In this document: positions 23,542 through 37,372 of the stretch, piece by piece
Numbering within the stretch: the first letter of the stretch is position 1
How the letters are laid out: each line of letters starts with the position of its first letter
Origin: Antedon mediterranea
Lineage: Eukaryota; Animalia; Echinodermata
DNA: 64,000 nucleotides
Assembly (NCBI RefSeq): GCF_964355755.1
Contig: NC_092673.1
Coordinates: forward strand, 9,858,001-9,922,000
Direction of reading: 5' to 3'
The notes under the pieces: model-generated
The model's input: the letters and a program-made list of their open reading frames with translations, nothing else
What the model was told of the DNA's origin: nothing
Databases searched by the model: none
Made by a program: the position numbers and the translations under genes

Positions 23542-26400
23542 TTAATGCTCGTAATAGTTGCCTCCTCTCCTTTTGTTTATGTGAATGTCGAGGTTGTTTT
23601 TGAATGAATTTGTGTTTGTGCTGTTAATGACATGTTCTGGTAGTGAGTTCCATTTGTTGATTGCTCTGACGTCAAAATAGGTATCTCTCCTGATGGTTTT
23701 GTATCTAGGTTTAGATAGTGTAAGTGAGTGTCCTCTGGTTATATAACCTCCGGGGTTCTGCCTTAGAGTGAAAAATGAATTTGCCTCAATGTTTACTATA
23801 CCACGGATAATTTTGAACATTTCAATGAGATCACCTCTATCTCGTCTTTCTTCGAGTGTTGGTAGGTGAAGCATGGCAAGACGCTCATCAGCGGGAAGAT
23901 TCCTAAGTTCAGGTACAAGTTTGGTTGCTCGGTTTTGTGCTCTTTCTAAAATCTTCTTGAGTCCAACTTGGTTAGGTGACCACACTTGTACACAGTACTC
24001 TAAGAGTGGACGAATTAGCGTTTTATACAATGGGATGAACATCTCTTTATCTAAGTAAGTGAAGGTACGCCTAATCATTGCAATTCTGCCATTAGCTTTT
24101 GCGACAATCTTGTTTACGTGGGTTTTGAATTTGAAATCTGTAGTAACAGTTATTCCCAGATCACTTTGCTCAGTCACAGATGCAAGATCAGTGTCACCAA
24201 GACGATATGTATGATTAGGATTTTGCGACCTCATATGTACAATACAACATTACACTTTGTCTCATTGAACTGGAGAAGCCAGCATTTACTCCATGTGTTG
24301 AGTTTGTCAAGGTCTTTTTGAAGCATTTGGGCATCATTTTCAGAGCGTATGCGGCGATATACTTTTGCATCATCCGCAAATAACTTGCCGTTGGAGTTGA
24401 TTGAGTCAAGAATGTCATTTATAAAGATCAGGAAGAGTACTGGACCTAGTACTGAGCCTTGGACGACTCCACTAGTCACTGGTAGCCAACATGATAGTTG
24501 CCCTTTAACAGAGACACGCTGACGTCTATCATGAAGAAAGTTGGATGTCCACTTTAGGATTTTGCCTGATATACCCATTGCTCTCAGTTTAGCTATCAGT
24601 CTTTCATGAGGTACCATATCAAATGCTTTACGGCAGTCTAGATATACAACATCGACAGAGTCACCATCGTCAAAAGAGTTGTGTGCAGCAAGAACGATTT
24701 GGTCTGAAACCATTTTGATGTTTACTCAAGATGTTGTTTCTTTCGAGGTGGGATACCATGGCACTTTTGATGATCCTCTCTAGTAGTTTGCCAACAACGG
24801 ATGTCAGACTAATAGGCCTGTAGTTTGATGGGTTTATTTTGGCACCAGCTTTATGGATAGGTGTGACGTTCGTGTCTTTCCATTCCCTTGGTATGCTACC
24901 GGAACTAACAGATTTGCAAAAGATAATATGTAAAGGAACAGACAAACTTTTGATGCATTCCTTCAGTACCCGAGGATGAACACCATCCGGGCCTGGTGAT
25001 GAGTTCGAGTTTAGTTGGTTGATGGCGGATTCGACTTCATCAATGTTAATTTCTAGGTCATCTAGCAGTGAGCCCTCAAACACATTATCAGGTATCGGTA
25101 TTTCGTTTGTGTCTTCGGTAACATAAACTGCGTTAAATGTTGAATTTAGAATTTCACTGTTTTCTAGGCTAGATGTTGAGAGAGAGCCATCAGGTCATTT
25201 AAGTTGAGTTGCTTCAGCTTTTATTGATGTGCGGCTTCTAGCATATGCATAAAACGCCTTTGGGTTGATTTTTATGTTGAGTGCCAGGTCACGTTCAAAT
25301 GATGCCTTTGCTCGTCTCACAGCTGTTACTGAAATGTTGCGTGCTTGACAGTATTTCTTGTACCTTGCTTTTGTTTGTCTTTTGTGGTAGTGTTTCCAGG
25401 CTTTTTCCTTTGCTGCTATCTTGGAAAGGGTCTTGGCAGTCATCCATTTCTGTTTGCTAGGAGTGCAAGAGTGTGTAGTTTTAGTAAGTTGTACAAAGTT
25501 TGATGTTACTTGCTGATACTTGTCATGAAAGAACTCCCATGCTTCAATAGATGATTTGTCATTTAGCAGTTTGTTCCAGTTGTAGGAACTGAAGTGAAAG
25601 TTCATTGCAGAGTAGTCGCCCTTGTGGTAATTAAGTTTGGTAGTGGTGGTGTCTTCCTTTGAAAGCACTGATCCCTTTTCGAGTAGGAAATCAAAGGCCA
25701 ATGTTGCATGATCACTCTTGCCGATAGGTGGTAAATAATTGATTTGATCTATTTCGAGTTCATTTTCAGTGAAGATTAAGTCAAGTGTAGATGGTCGATC
25801 ATTGCCCCTAACCCTTGTTTTGTCATGTACATGTTGAACAAGAAGGTTGTCACAACATGTTTCATAGAACAGCTGTTGGTCACTCTCTGGTAAGCCATGC
25901 ACAATGTGATCTGTCCAGTTAATCTCTTTGTAGTTGAAGTCTCCGGCTATAATAAGTTGGTCATGTTCAATATTACACATCTGATTTATAGACAGATTTA
26001 TTGATGTGTTATAATTGCGGGTAGAGTTCGGGGGTCTATAAATACATGCAACAGCTAGTTTCTTGTCGCCAAATCTAAGTGAACAAACGCAAATTTCACT
26101 GTCAGTCCAAACAGGTTCTTGGATAATTTCTCAAATAATATCATTTTTAATCAAAATGGCTACTCTGCTGTCCTTAATGTTAGGCCTGTCTCTACGATAA
26201 ACTGAAAAGTTTTTAGTATCAAAATAAAAGTCGCTTGAATCGTTTTCTTTCAGTTTTGTTTCAACTGTAAAAATAATATGTGGTTTTTCTTCCAAAATTA
26301 AAGTTTGTAAGAGGTCGGCTTTATTTGAGATGCCATCTAAGTTAGTGTAGATGCACTTGAGGCAGCTAGGTGGTTGCTGGCTTGTGCTGTACTTTGACGT
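23542..26400 (-). pseudogene. CR1 ORF2 (APE-RT), broken into at least five ORF pieces
   Basis: ORFs 26131-26460, 25195-25980, 24670-25083, 24231-24713 and 23542-24234 are consecutive ORF2 segments. Confidence 0.9.
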
Positions 26401-27371
26401 TGAGGTTTGAGCCTGATGTTGGGGTCTATCAGCACTAGTTTTTCCCGCTTTATGACCCACTTCTGGTTGGTTACGCCTGACAGGCGTAATTGGTCGTTTT
26501 TTGTATCTCGAATGGACTCCATAGCATTTCGTTCTGCTCGTTCTTTCTTTGTGCGGTCTGGGTACATAACTACGTGCAGATAGAGGTTTGAAAGCGTTAG
26601 TTGGTTTCTCGCTACCCTTGATAATAGTTTGTACTTGGTAGTTTCGTCCGCAAACATGGCTTTAACAAGTCTTGTTCTATTGCTGTTTGGAGGTCGGGTT
26701 GTGTCATTAAGCCTGATTGCGGATACCACTTCTACTTGTCCAAGACCTGATGCAGCTGCAATCTTTTTTACTGATTCAATATCGTTTGATGATTCAGATA
26801 GTCCTTGAATAATGATATTGCATTTTCTCCGTGATCTTTCTTCTAGATCTTGTCTAAAATCGATAAGCTTAGTATCTATGGCTTCGTTGAATTCAACGGA
26901 TTCGCTGTAGTCTGTCTTGGATTCAAGTGTGTTTATTCGATCTTCGGTATCTGCAACACGGCTCTCGAGCACTGTAAACCGCTGTTTGAGTTCTTTGAAA
27001 ATTTTAGCACCTTTAAATAAATCAAGGAGTGACCCTTTTTCACTTCTACATTGTATGCAGATAAATGGGGGTGAGCCATCTTCAGAGAGAAATTTAAACC
27101 CTGCATCACTTAAATATTGGCATTTAGGGTGATACCATTTATCACATCCATCGCAGGCGATGCAATCATCTTTTTCTATACAATTATATGAAGGATTTCC
27201 AGGGCACAAGTATGTAGATTCAATTGCAGCTGATGTTGACTCAGGCTGAGGTAGGCTAGGCCTGATGTCTGTTGGTAGCCCACTGCCCTGGGCTGAAGCA
27301 GACCTGCTTTGCCTTGTGGAGGTGTTAGGAGGTGGCCTAGGATTTTGTGGCTTTTTGCTTCCTTTATCCAT
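26337..27371 (-). CDS. CR1 ORF1 with PHD finger and coiled coil
   Basis: C..CIACDGCDKWYHPKC..FICIQC; RRKCNIIIQGLSES; likely ATG (MDKGSK) at 27371. Confidence 0.8.
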   Translation of the reverse strand: MDKGSKKPQNPRPPPNTSTRQSRSASAQGSGLPTDIRPSLPQPESTSAAIESTYLCPGNPSYNCIEKDDCIACDGCDKWYHPKCQYLSDAGFKFLSEDGSPPFICIQCRSEKGSLLDLFKGAKIFKELKQRFTVLESRVADTEDRINTLESKTDYSESVEFNEAIDTKLIDFRQDLEERSRRKCNIIIQGLSESSNDIESVKKIAAASGLGQVEVVSAIRLNDTTRPPNSNRTRLVKAMFADETTKYKLLSRVARNQLTLSNLYLHVVMYPDRTKKERAERNAMESIRDTKNDQLRLSGVTNQKWVIKREKLVLIDPNIRLKPQRQSTAQASNHLAASSASTLT

Positions 27372-28067
27372 GTTGGTTGATAGTAATGTTGAGTGTATGT
27401 TATGAAGGAGAGGGTTAAACAATCTATTACACCTAATTACCTCTAGTAAAACACTTGGTAAGATGAATTTTGACTTGTAGAATTTTAGACTAGTAGCAGG
27501 ACATGTGTAACCTCTGACATCCAACTGCGCTCACCCCAGTCCGTCGGTTTATAACTGAACTACAACAATATGAGCATCATGGTTCTACCAATTCTTATAA
27601 AAGGCCAGGCTTATACAGTTAGGTGCAACCAATGCACACTCTAATAAGCTCTAAACAATCACTCCTAGATGTCCCGCACAATTGGCTGTGGGAGTTAATG
27701 ACTCAACGCAATGATGTTGAGAGATTGAGTGCCTAACATTTCGCAAACCACGCTAGACGACGCTTCGCCTCACCGGGCGAACAATATGCAAATTTTGCCG
27801 CCGCAACAATACCTTGAAATATGCTAGGATCCTATACCTACCGCTCTAGAGAGGGCACTATACTAGACTATAGTTTTCGAATGTGACACCGGCATATTTT
27901 ATTCTGATATATCTGACCATTTCCCAGTTTTTTCTTTAATTCAAAAGTCCATATCATCTTCTTCAACTTTAAACACTACGCCCAAATACATTTATTTGAA
28001 ATGTGAGACGAATAATTCTATCTCATCACTAAACAACAGTTTATTAGATGAAGATTGGTCTTATATA

Positions 28068-28870
28068 TATTATTATTATTATTATTATTATTATTTATTG
28101 CCAAAAACCAGTTACAAACAAACAAAAACACAGAAACTAAGGGAGTAGGCAGGAACCTAAAAGTGAACCTAATCACTATAACAAGAGTTCAGGTTCCGTA
28201 CTCCCAAAGTAACAACAATGATATAAAATAAACTATATAAAAATATTTAAATAACAAATAGACGAATCAACAGTGTCAATATAAAATAAACGGATAAAAT
28301 ACATAATAGTCGATTCAACAAAGTGCAATATAAAACATGTGATTTAAGTGAATTTAAAAATGTTGGAAAACTGTCTAAAATTAAACCTAGGGAATATATT
28401 AATAGCGGAATGATGAAGACAATTGGTTCGAGCATAGTGATGAATGAACTTAAGTGTATCAAGGTGACGGCCATTAACAACTATAGATTGACGAACACTA
28501 CTACAATCAACCGTTCCAATAAGTAATTTACAAACAAAGGATAACAGAAGATAATTTCTTCGATGAGATAGTGTAGGCCAATTTAGCTTAGTGAGACGTT
28601 CCTCGTATTCCATTTCACCTCTTGTTTGTTAAGGACAAGCCTAGTAGCCCTTCGCTGGACTGCCTCGATACGTTCCGTAAGTTTTTTGGTTCGAGGCAAC
28701 CACGCTGGGACACTATATTCAAGGATGGGGACAATGAGAGCTTTATAGAGTGAGAAAATAACTGAAGGGGATGATCCTCCTGCAATACTAGTAATAAAAC
28801 CCAACATTCGATTTGAACGAGAAATAATTAAGTTTACATGGTCATCCCAAGTAAGTTCACTATTAATCGT
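28068..28870 (-). mobile_element. 5'-truncated CR1/L2-group LINE with (TAA)n tail
   Basis: LYKALIVPILEYSVPAW..IEAVQRRATR; YEERLTKLNWPTLSHRR; AATAAA(TAA)n on the minus strand at 28068-28098. Confidence 0.85.
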
Positions 28871-29171
28871 TAATTATGTTAATTATGTTAATTATAACAT
28901 AGACAATGATCTATAACATAGACAACATGACTATAACATAGAAAATGATCCCAACCACGCTTATAACAGTTTTCATGATAGATTTAGCACCCTCTACAAT
29001 GATAGTATTAAAACTGTTCGACGTAAACATAACCTCATTAAAGAAACTACAAAGCCATGGATAACCCATGGGCTAATGAAATCCATCGATACCAGAAACA
29101 AATTATATAAAAAATACCTTAAATCTGGTAAACAAAAGGACAGAGATAAGTATACTCAACATAGGAACAAA

Positions 29172-30142
29172 CAGTGGTGGCGCCAGTGGGGGGGCTACGG
29201 GGGGGCTCTAGCCCCCTCGTCGGGGAGCCTAGCCCCCCGTCGGGGAACACGGGTACTTTTTGTCGGGGAATATAATATACAGTAAAAAACGTTCGCGTTC
29301 ACTTCATACAGCTTCAGCGCCTAGAAAACCACGACGTTCCATTGACCGTGAGAGTACGTCAGAGGGCTATTATGCACTTTTATGCATTCATTATTGCCAG
29401 CGATCTAACTTACTACTAAACATTAGCTAGGTACGCACTTGTCTGGCGGTATCCCTTTGTACGAATCGTTCAACGTTGGGTTGAGACGCGTGATATCAAG
29501 TTCCATCCAGGGACCAAAATGTGTACTGTAGTTATTTTCCAGGCGCAGTTTACCGACGGTTACGTCGTGTACTGTGTCGACGTACGCTACACTACAGCAA
29601 AAACGAATTAAGTTAATTGTTCGTATGTTCACCAATCTTTTAATTTACTTAGCTCAGCCCCAACAATAAAGCTGGTCATATTTCGAAGTACAAGAAGTGC
29701 ATTTTCCGGGACCTAACATCTCTATTTTTTTTTCTACATTTCTTAGCTCAGTCACAACCATGATAGGGACTTATATATTTTGTTTCATGTTTTGAAGTAT
29801 AATAAGTCCAATTTCCGGGACCTCCAACTCTATTTTTCTAAATTTTCTTTGAACTTTTATTTTTTAAATTGAAAAATATGGATTGAAACAGTCATCGCGC
29901 ATCGTTTTTTTGCACGCAGTATTTTATTTATGCATTATAAAAAATGGAAAAAATGGCTACCCTAAATCTGATTAAAATGAACTCAAATGACGCTAGAACG
30001 CATTGCTTCCGGGGGCTTCGCCCCCTGGACCCCCACCGGGGGCCCTTGGCGGCCCCCAGCCTAGTGATGCTCGCTTTGCTCGCATAGCCCCCTCGTCGGG
30101 GAATGTAGCCCCCGCGTCGGGAAGATCCTTGCGCCACCCCTG
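29172..30142. mobile_element. Non-autonomous hAT element with 8-bp TSD GGAACAAA
   Basis: TIR CAGTGGTGGCGC / GCGCCACCCCTG; GGAACAAA at 29164-29171 and 30143-30150; removal restores the host LINE frame HRNKITNLLR. Confidence 0.9.
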
Positions 30143-32384
30143 GGAACAAAATTACCAATTTACTTCGTATAACAAAAAAGAAATATTTTTCTGATAAATT
30201 TAATCTTTATAAACACGATATTCAAAAAACTTGGCAAACAATCAATAATGTACTGGGAAAAAATTCTAGAAAACCTCTGCCCTCGTATTTTTTACATAAC
30301 AATTCTAAAATTTTAGATCCTCAACAAATTACCTCTAAATTTAATGACTACTTTATTAACATAGGCCCTAAACTTGTCAACAATATTAAAACATCAACTA
30401 TCAATAATAATACTGATTTTACTACCTCTCTTTCTCAACCATTGAACAATTCTCTTTTTTTAACCCCGGTTACTGAAAATGAAGTAATCAATATGATTTA
30501 TGGACTCCAAAATAAAAAATGCCCTGGTTTCGATGGCTTTTCAAACAAAATTATCAAATATATTTCTTACTCCATATGCAAACCACTTACCCATATTTTT
30601 AATAGTTTACAAACTGGTATTTTCCCTGATTTACTAAAAATTGGTTGTTCCGATTTATAAAAAAGATGATGTTCATCATTTTAGTAAACTATAGACCAAT
30701 TTCCTTACTTCCTGTCTTAATTTATATTAGATTCTCGTCCTTTTTAACAAGCACAATATATTATTTGAACATCAGTATGGATTTAGGAAAAACTTCTCAA
30801 CTGATCTTGCTTTATTAGACATTTATGATAATATAACTAAAGCCCTAAGTAATGATACATTTACTATTGGACTTTTCCTTGACTTGTCAAAGGCATTTGA
30901 CACCATTAACCATGATATCCTATATAAACTTAGACATTATGGAGTCAGAGGCCTTCCTCTTCAACTCATTACAAGTTATCTATCTAATCGTTACCAATTT
31001 ACCTCTGTCAATTCCTTTATTTCTAGTTACTCACTTATTACATGTGGAGTTCCCCAAGGCTCAATCTTAGGCCCACTTTTATTTTCTATTTTCATTAACG
31101 ACATACCCTCCAGCTCTAGAATACTCAAATTTATTCTTTTTGCCGACGATACTAACATATTTTATTCACATTCTAATCTTAACACTTTATTTAATATCAT
31201 AAACAATGAACTTTGTAACATATCAAACTGGTTAAAATGCAACAAATTAATTCTTAACATATCCAAAACCAATTACATTATTTTTTCAAAACCTAAAGCC
31301 AAAACAAAAACAGATAAAAATATATACATTGACAAAATGCTAATTAACCATGTTCATGAAATCAAGTTCCTTGGTGTCACTATTGACTCAAATTTGACAT
31401 GGAAGCAACATATTAATACAACCAGTAGCTTGATTGCTAGAAACATAGGTATAATTAACAAACTTAAACATCTACTCCCTCAACAAATCCTACTCACATT
31501 ATACATATGTCTTAGTTTTACCTTATCTTTCATATATTAATTTAAGTTGGGCCGTTACCTTAGATAAGTTCGATACATTGTGCCCATGGCTAGTAATGAG
31601 ACTACCCATATTGACTGCTTGTTCAAATTACAAAAACGTGCTTTACGTATTTGTGCAGGGCAATCTTATAGATCACATTCGAAATTACTTTTTTATAAGC
31701 TAACGTTCTAAACATTTATGATTTGATTAAGCTTCAGATAGCTCTATTTATGTTCCGCTTATCTAAAAATATCTTGCCTTTTCATATAAGTTCTCTATTT
31801 TCAAAAACTGCTGATGGTCATACACATACTGTAACACTAGAAGTTTGATAAATAATTTTATTCCTGATAAGTCGTTTTATAAGCCCCGTCGTCACTCTGT
31901 TTTTTATGTTGGACCTAAGCTCTGGAGAGTTATCTCACAAGAGTTAAAAAGAAAATGTACAGTCTCTAGTTTTAAATACAACTACAAAAAGCTTTTAGTC
32001 TCTGAATATAATAAATAATTTATTAGTACTTAAATACTACGTATTTATTATTATTATTAACTTATTATTACTTGTGCAAATGCTAAAGTTTAAAACACTT
32101 ATGATTCATTTTAATAACTTATACTCTGTTTTTCTTATTTATTTACTTTTTAAATTTTTTATTTTACTTATGTATTTTTACTTCTTATTTTATATTCTTA
32201 CTATGTATTAATTACTCGTCATACTTGATAATGTTTATTGTATCTTTTCTGGTGGGTAAGCCTTAAAGTTCTTTGAACTTATATGCCCACCAGCCACACA
32301 TCTTTCTTGTATATATATATGTTTATTGTTACTTAATTATCATATTCATTTTGTGTGGAAAATCAATAAAAAACAAACAAAAAC

Positions 32385-33279
32385 ATCCAACTCACTGAAT
32401 GATGTCCAGTAGGCCTACATTCTATATGGTAGTGCTCTAACTGCACAGCATTCATAGTCTTTGATGATTATGAAAGCGGCTCATCCACCAAAGACGGCGC
32501 ACATGGTAAGGCGGGTCAGGTGGTAGTATCCCTGTAAATTTTACAAAATAGGATCACTTTCTGTAACAAACAACAATTTATAAATCTTCGTAATTAGTAT
32601 TTGAACAAAATGGCAATGAGTGAATGCAGCTGCTGATGCAGATGTTATTTCGGATAGTACAAAAAACCATTGAATCAGCAAACAGGAAAACATCTGTCAT
32701 TATCCGATGATACGGATCTATCTGGTGCTCCTCTGCAGTCAAGCATTTAAAACATCTTGTGATATTCTTTAGACTGGAACTGAGATACTGGATTATCAAA
32801 CTGGTTCAAACAGTACTTTTGAGAGACATCTGTGATAACCTTCTGTTTGCTCATGCGAAACTGGTGACAAAACATCCAGAGCTCTAAAAAAAGCTTGTCA
32901 TTGCACTTATTTCTGACGTTATGCTGTAGTCTTCAGATGCAAACAAGCTACAAAGGATGACATTGTGGTTGCTAGAGAAAATGATTTAGTGTGTCTGTAC
33001 AATGGACGACCTGGACAACGTGGAATGCCTTTGACTCCATCCCATCTACAAGTACAACCTCGCATACTGTATATAACTTCATAATCGTACCACAACCAAG
33101 GTACATAACATCATGTTCAAGTTCAAGTTCAAGTTATCTTTTGCAATGGAGTGGGGTTGATATGTGTACCGAGGATTGGGGATGGAAGATCAGATGATGG
33201 AAACATGGTTCCTCTACACACAGACTTAAAGCCAGCACCTGAGTATCTCCTTGAAGCCTTCATAACTACATGTGGTGAA
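32385..33279 (+). pseudogene. Decayed Academ-like transposase, 3' part (continues after the hAT at 37373-37440)
   Basis: IVFDDYESGSSTKDGAH; QWSGVDMCTEDWGWK..PLHTDLKPAPEYLL; Cys-rich TCGECNG across the hAT site. Confidence 0.6.
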
Positions 33280-36200
33280 CAGCCCTCGAAATTGGGACGA
33301 AATGACCTCGGCAAAAAAATGCCGACGTAAACGAAGCCCACCTCGGCAACACGTCGGCATTTTTTTTGTTCAGCCCCCAAAGCTATTTTTAGTACACCTA
33401 TTCAATCACACACACATTAACTGTACTGTATCTAAAAATAGCTGTGTTGATAATGTACAGTGCATTTGCGGCGCGGCTTGCATGCTCTCTAAATAAAACC
33501 ACGCAAACAAAAGAACCCTTGTAGCCAATCACAAAAGGATCTGCTGATCATCATCCAATGACGATTACGCGGCTGTAATAATAATATAGAACTGAAAACC
33601 ATGACAACCATGTATTTCACACGATGGTGAAATGGAGTGTAAAAAGAGACGAACAACGTTGATATTTACTTCTTTTTATATTTTTAATTATTGTCAAATG
33701 AAAACAAGCCTGGTACATGTAGGTACTGTTTTGGTGTACAAAAATACAAAATGATATAAACTAGGCCTAGGCCTGCTTAGAACTCATCGCCTGATGACGA
33801 ATCCGTCCATTCTTCTTCGGATTCGGATGGGCCATCGTCGCCAACGACATCCACTGCAGTGACATGATCGCCGTCTTCGCCAGTTCGCCGTTTTTTTGTG
33901 GCGTGACCATCTAGACGGCGAGCACGTTTGCGGACTTCCCCAGAACGATGAACCGATAGGAACAGCTCAATGGCCCTGTTGTATCGTGTTGGATCGTAGT
34001 CCCTATCGGCCCTTAATCTAAGGATGTCATTAAGGGTGTCGTTGGACAACGATTGGCGTTCTTTTGAAAAAATTCGCCATAAAAAAGAAAAAACTCTCTC
34101 CGTTTCAGCATTGCCAATTGGTAAAGAAATACACAACTCAACAATGTGCAAAATATTGACAATGCCAAGTGACTGCTTCATGTTGAAAATTTGTGGCCAA
34201 ACTTTGGATGGAGAACTAATTTTGAAAAACTTTAAAATATGATTGTGCAAAATGTCTACTTCTGTATACAATTTGGTCAGAATACAGCCGTTTGCTTCTA
34301 GCAATGGCTTGTACTTATCGACTATCACTTTCACATTATCGTAAATAGATTCGCTCTCCTTATATCTGTAATTCTTGGTGTTTAGAACCTCTGCAACGGC
34401 AACAAAAACATCGTCAGTTGTGATCGAACTTAAGCGGTCTTTGAATGCGTTTACTAATTTGTAAAGGATTTTCCGGACTTCTGCCAAGTTTTGTTGTTTT
34501 GCTCGAATTAGGTTGCCCTTAACGAGGTAGCCACGGAACATATATGTCATATGCCCATCATCGCCCTCGGCTTGATGACGTGTAAGTCTCTCTTGGATTA
34601 CAGGGTTCTCATCAACGATTACATCTTTCAGGATTTGAGAAGTTGTGGGGAAATACGTATCATTTTGAAAAACGGACGTGTCATTTTCGTGGACAATTTG
34701 AGATAATTTTGATGTTTGTGAAAGAACGGATGTTGTGATAGAAATTAGGTCGGGCAAGATTAGATCTGTTGATTGCAGTGATTTTGTGAGTGGGGTCAGG
34801 TATTTCAAGATATCTAGCTTAATTGAATTGAATATTATATGATTTAATTTTGTGATGTTGTTTGTGATTCCTTGTAGTTTGGGGCGAAGATTTTTCATGG
34901 TTGTGTTAGTGGGTTGGGCGATTTGGTTGTTGCAATAACTAATTAATATAGGAAGATTGTGCATGTATGATGACAATCCAGCAGCTTGATGCTCTGTCCA
35001 CCTGGTTCCATTAGGTCGCTTGTATTTGCGGTAGACCTGTCCGATGTGTTGCGAGTGTTGTTTGAAAAGTCGCCATCGGAGATTTGCCCGTTTAAATAAA
35101 CTATACGTCGAATTGACGTCTTCTTGGCTCTCGGTGTTGAGGTCACTTATGCCAAACGCATCTCTAATGGCCAGCTCAACCCTGTGCGAAGGACAGTGAG
35201 TAAAAGTATAGTGATCCCCGATTTCCTCTTTTATTAGTCTGTATACAAATGATGAAAAAAAAAATTAATTATTTACAATTGAATAAATATTCTGTTTTTT
35301 ATTTTAGACATACTGTATTAATTAGGCTACTACTATAATTTATACTGTTGATTATTTATTTGAATTAGTAAAGAATTTATAAGTCTATCACTACTAAAAT
35401 TACCCGTGTAGTTTCAAGTTGACGGCTGCACCGTCACTGCACATGCCCAACTCTTTCAATTTTCTATTGAACATAAAATTCATCTTGACAAACGATGAGT
35501 CAAGAGCATCCTTTAGACCTTCAGCGGTTGTGTTACTCGGCTCTTCCAGTGTCATAACATTAAAGGTGGGAACACCGAAAGCAGCAGTCTTAATTAGAAA
35601 TAACTCTTTCTCATCCATGGTTTTTGCACTGCTGCTTCCGTCGTTAAGAATACTGTAGTAATTTGCTTTATTGTTGTTTAGTGGTTCGGTAATCTTTTCT
35701 AACTTTAAACTTTCACTAATATAGAACACGATTTCTCTACACGACTTATCATTTATGTACCCGGTTCCAAGATCCACTCCATGATATTTTTTTTCAAATT
35801 CGGCCATATCAGCATAGAATTTGAATGATTTGGCATTGCCAACTAAGAAATGCGCCAATTGAAATTTTTTTTGTAGTTGATTGTGTTGTTTAAGTGACAT
35901 TCCCTGAAGGTATGGCATCAAAGTATTTGGTTTGGACGCTCCAGAGCTCTCGGCGCTACGAGAGGTTTCCATTGGTGTTTCTTTCATTTTATTTAACTCT
36001 ATGAGTCTTAACACAGAAATTTCATGAGCCCTGCTTTTTTTAACATGATCTTGAAAATTGTTCTTTTTAATTGTCGAAGTTCCTCGGGCAAAACAATCAG
36101 GCTTAACGGCACCAGTACGGGCTTGCATCGAGGGTGTCTCTTCGCAAATTTCACAAAACTCGCGGCATGTTTTGCACCATATTTTTGTAACAATGTCATC

Positions 36201-37372
36201 CTCGTCGACATCGTATCCTAAGCAGTCGAACCCCCACTTTAAAACAACTTTTTTAGAAGGCATAATCTGCAATATAAATATTCCATAAAATCAAATAAAA
36301 GGCCTACACATACACCATACAGTGATCGAATCAAAAGACGTTTATTCATTATAATTTTTATACAAATAAATGTTTTAATTAAATCAATCGATTACATAAA
36401 TAATATGACATTAACATTAAATATAGACCCTATATATTTGTTTGTTGTTACCAATTAACATTAATTGTAGTATATTTTAATTGATAGACATGGGATGGGG
36501 GCCGTGTTATTATTATAATTAAAAAAATAATAAGGCAGCCTAATAGCAGTAGTATTGGTGATAATCTTACGTTATCAAACAATATAACGCTATACAATGA
36601 TGAAACAACTCACCAATCAGAAAGAAGGATTTAAGTAGATTATTAACTAGTAGTAAAAAGCCTTGAATGGTTTAATTGTGTACACACACGCACCGCTTGC
36701 TAAAGTCACGTGATATCCGCTGGCGGTTTTCAATCCCAAATACAAGTTGGACTCTTCCATTCTCTCAGCAGGACACCATAATAATAAGAAATAAACTGAC
36801 AATACAACTATAATGTTTTAAATATTTATTGACTGTTAATTCATATTACAACTTTTAACGGTACATGTTCAAATGAAAATTGATAAAAGTAATCAAGAAT
36901 TGTAGTATGACTTCTTAAGAAATAAAATAATCACAGCAGAAAAACCGGAATCTACCAAGTAACAATAAGTCATGTGATTTGTCATGCCTCACTAAACTCA
37001 CATCACACGAGACGATAGAGAGAGACTGAGCGTAGTTCGTTGTTGTTGTAAACGCCGGAGCGGTCGCTGGCCTCGCCTCTCTCTCTTCGGCCCTATCTTG
37101 TGTGTAAAATAAAACCAGTGTAGGCCTAGGCCTAATAATAACTCCAACGTACAAACATATTAAGATATATTTAATTCACTTGTAACGAAGGTAAATTTAA
37201 AAAAAACTGTAAGGCATAAAACTATTTATTTGCTGTGTATGTGGTAGCCTTGATTTTACTCCAAGGCTTAAATCAATAAAAAGAGCCTCGGCAAATCAAT
37301 GCCGTGGTAAGCTAGCAGGACCTCGGCATTTACCTCGGCATTGCCGAATGCCGAGGTAAATTTCGCGGGCTG
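33280..37372 (-). mobile_element. Full-length hAT DNA transposon (4093 bp) with 6-bp TSD GGTGAA (hAT6-like)
   Basis: TIRs CAGCCCTCGAAATT / AATTTCGCGGGCTG (13/14 match); GGTGAA at 33274-33279 and 37373-37378; subterminal CCTCGGCA repeats at both ends. Confidence 0.9.
33777..36263 (-). CDS. hAT transposase (ZNF862-like), two coding exons 36263-35404 and 35238-33777, predicted 773 aa
   Basis: N-terminal CxxC..H..H finger; YSILNDGSS, CSDGAAVN, HCPSHRVEL, NGTRW, PIGNAETERVFS; GT-AG intron 35403-35239 joins the exons with no stop. Confidence 0.85.

Larger units (their letters stand above)
23495..27800 (-). mobile_element. Near full-length CR1-clade LINE with several stops/frameshifts in ORF2
   Basis: ORF1 with PHD finger; APE (YTNLDG, GDFN, SDH); RT (YRPISLTS, QGSVLGP, FADD); RRDRGDLIEMFKI..TRGH; short tandem-repeat tail at 23495-23525. 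Confidence 0.9.
27880..32384 (+). mobile_element. Decayed plus-strand CR1/L2-group LINE ORF2 and 3' tail, interrupted at ~28068-28890 and 29172-30150
   Basis: SDISDHFPVF, KPWITHGL, DLSKAFDTINH, GVPQGSILGPLLF, FADDT; AATAAA plus A-rich tail near 32365-32384. Confidence 0.85.

Noticed and set aside
33777-36272. Host ZNF862-type gene
   Set aside because: TIRs, subterminal repeats and a TSD show it is a transposon, not a domesticated gene.
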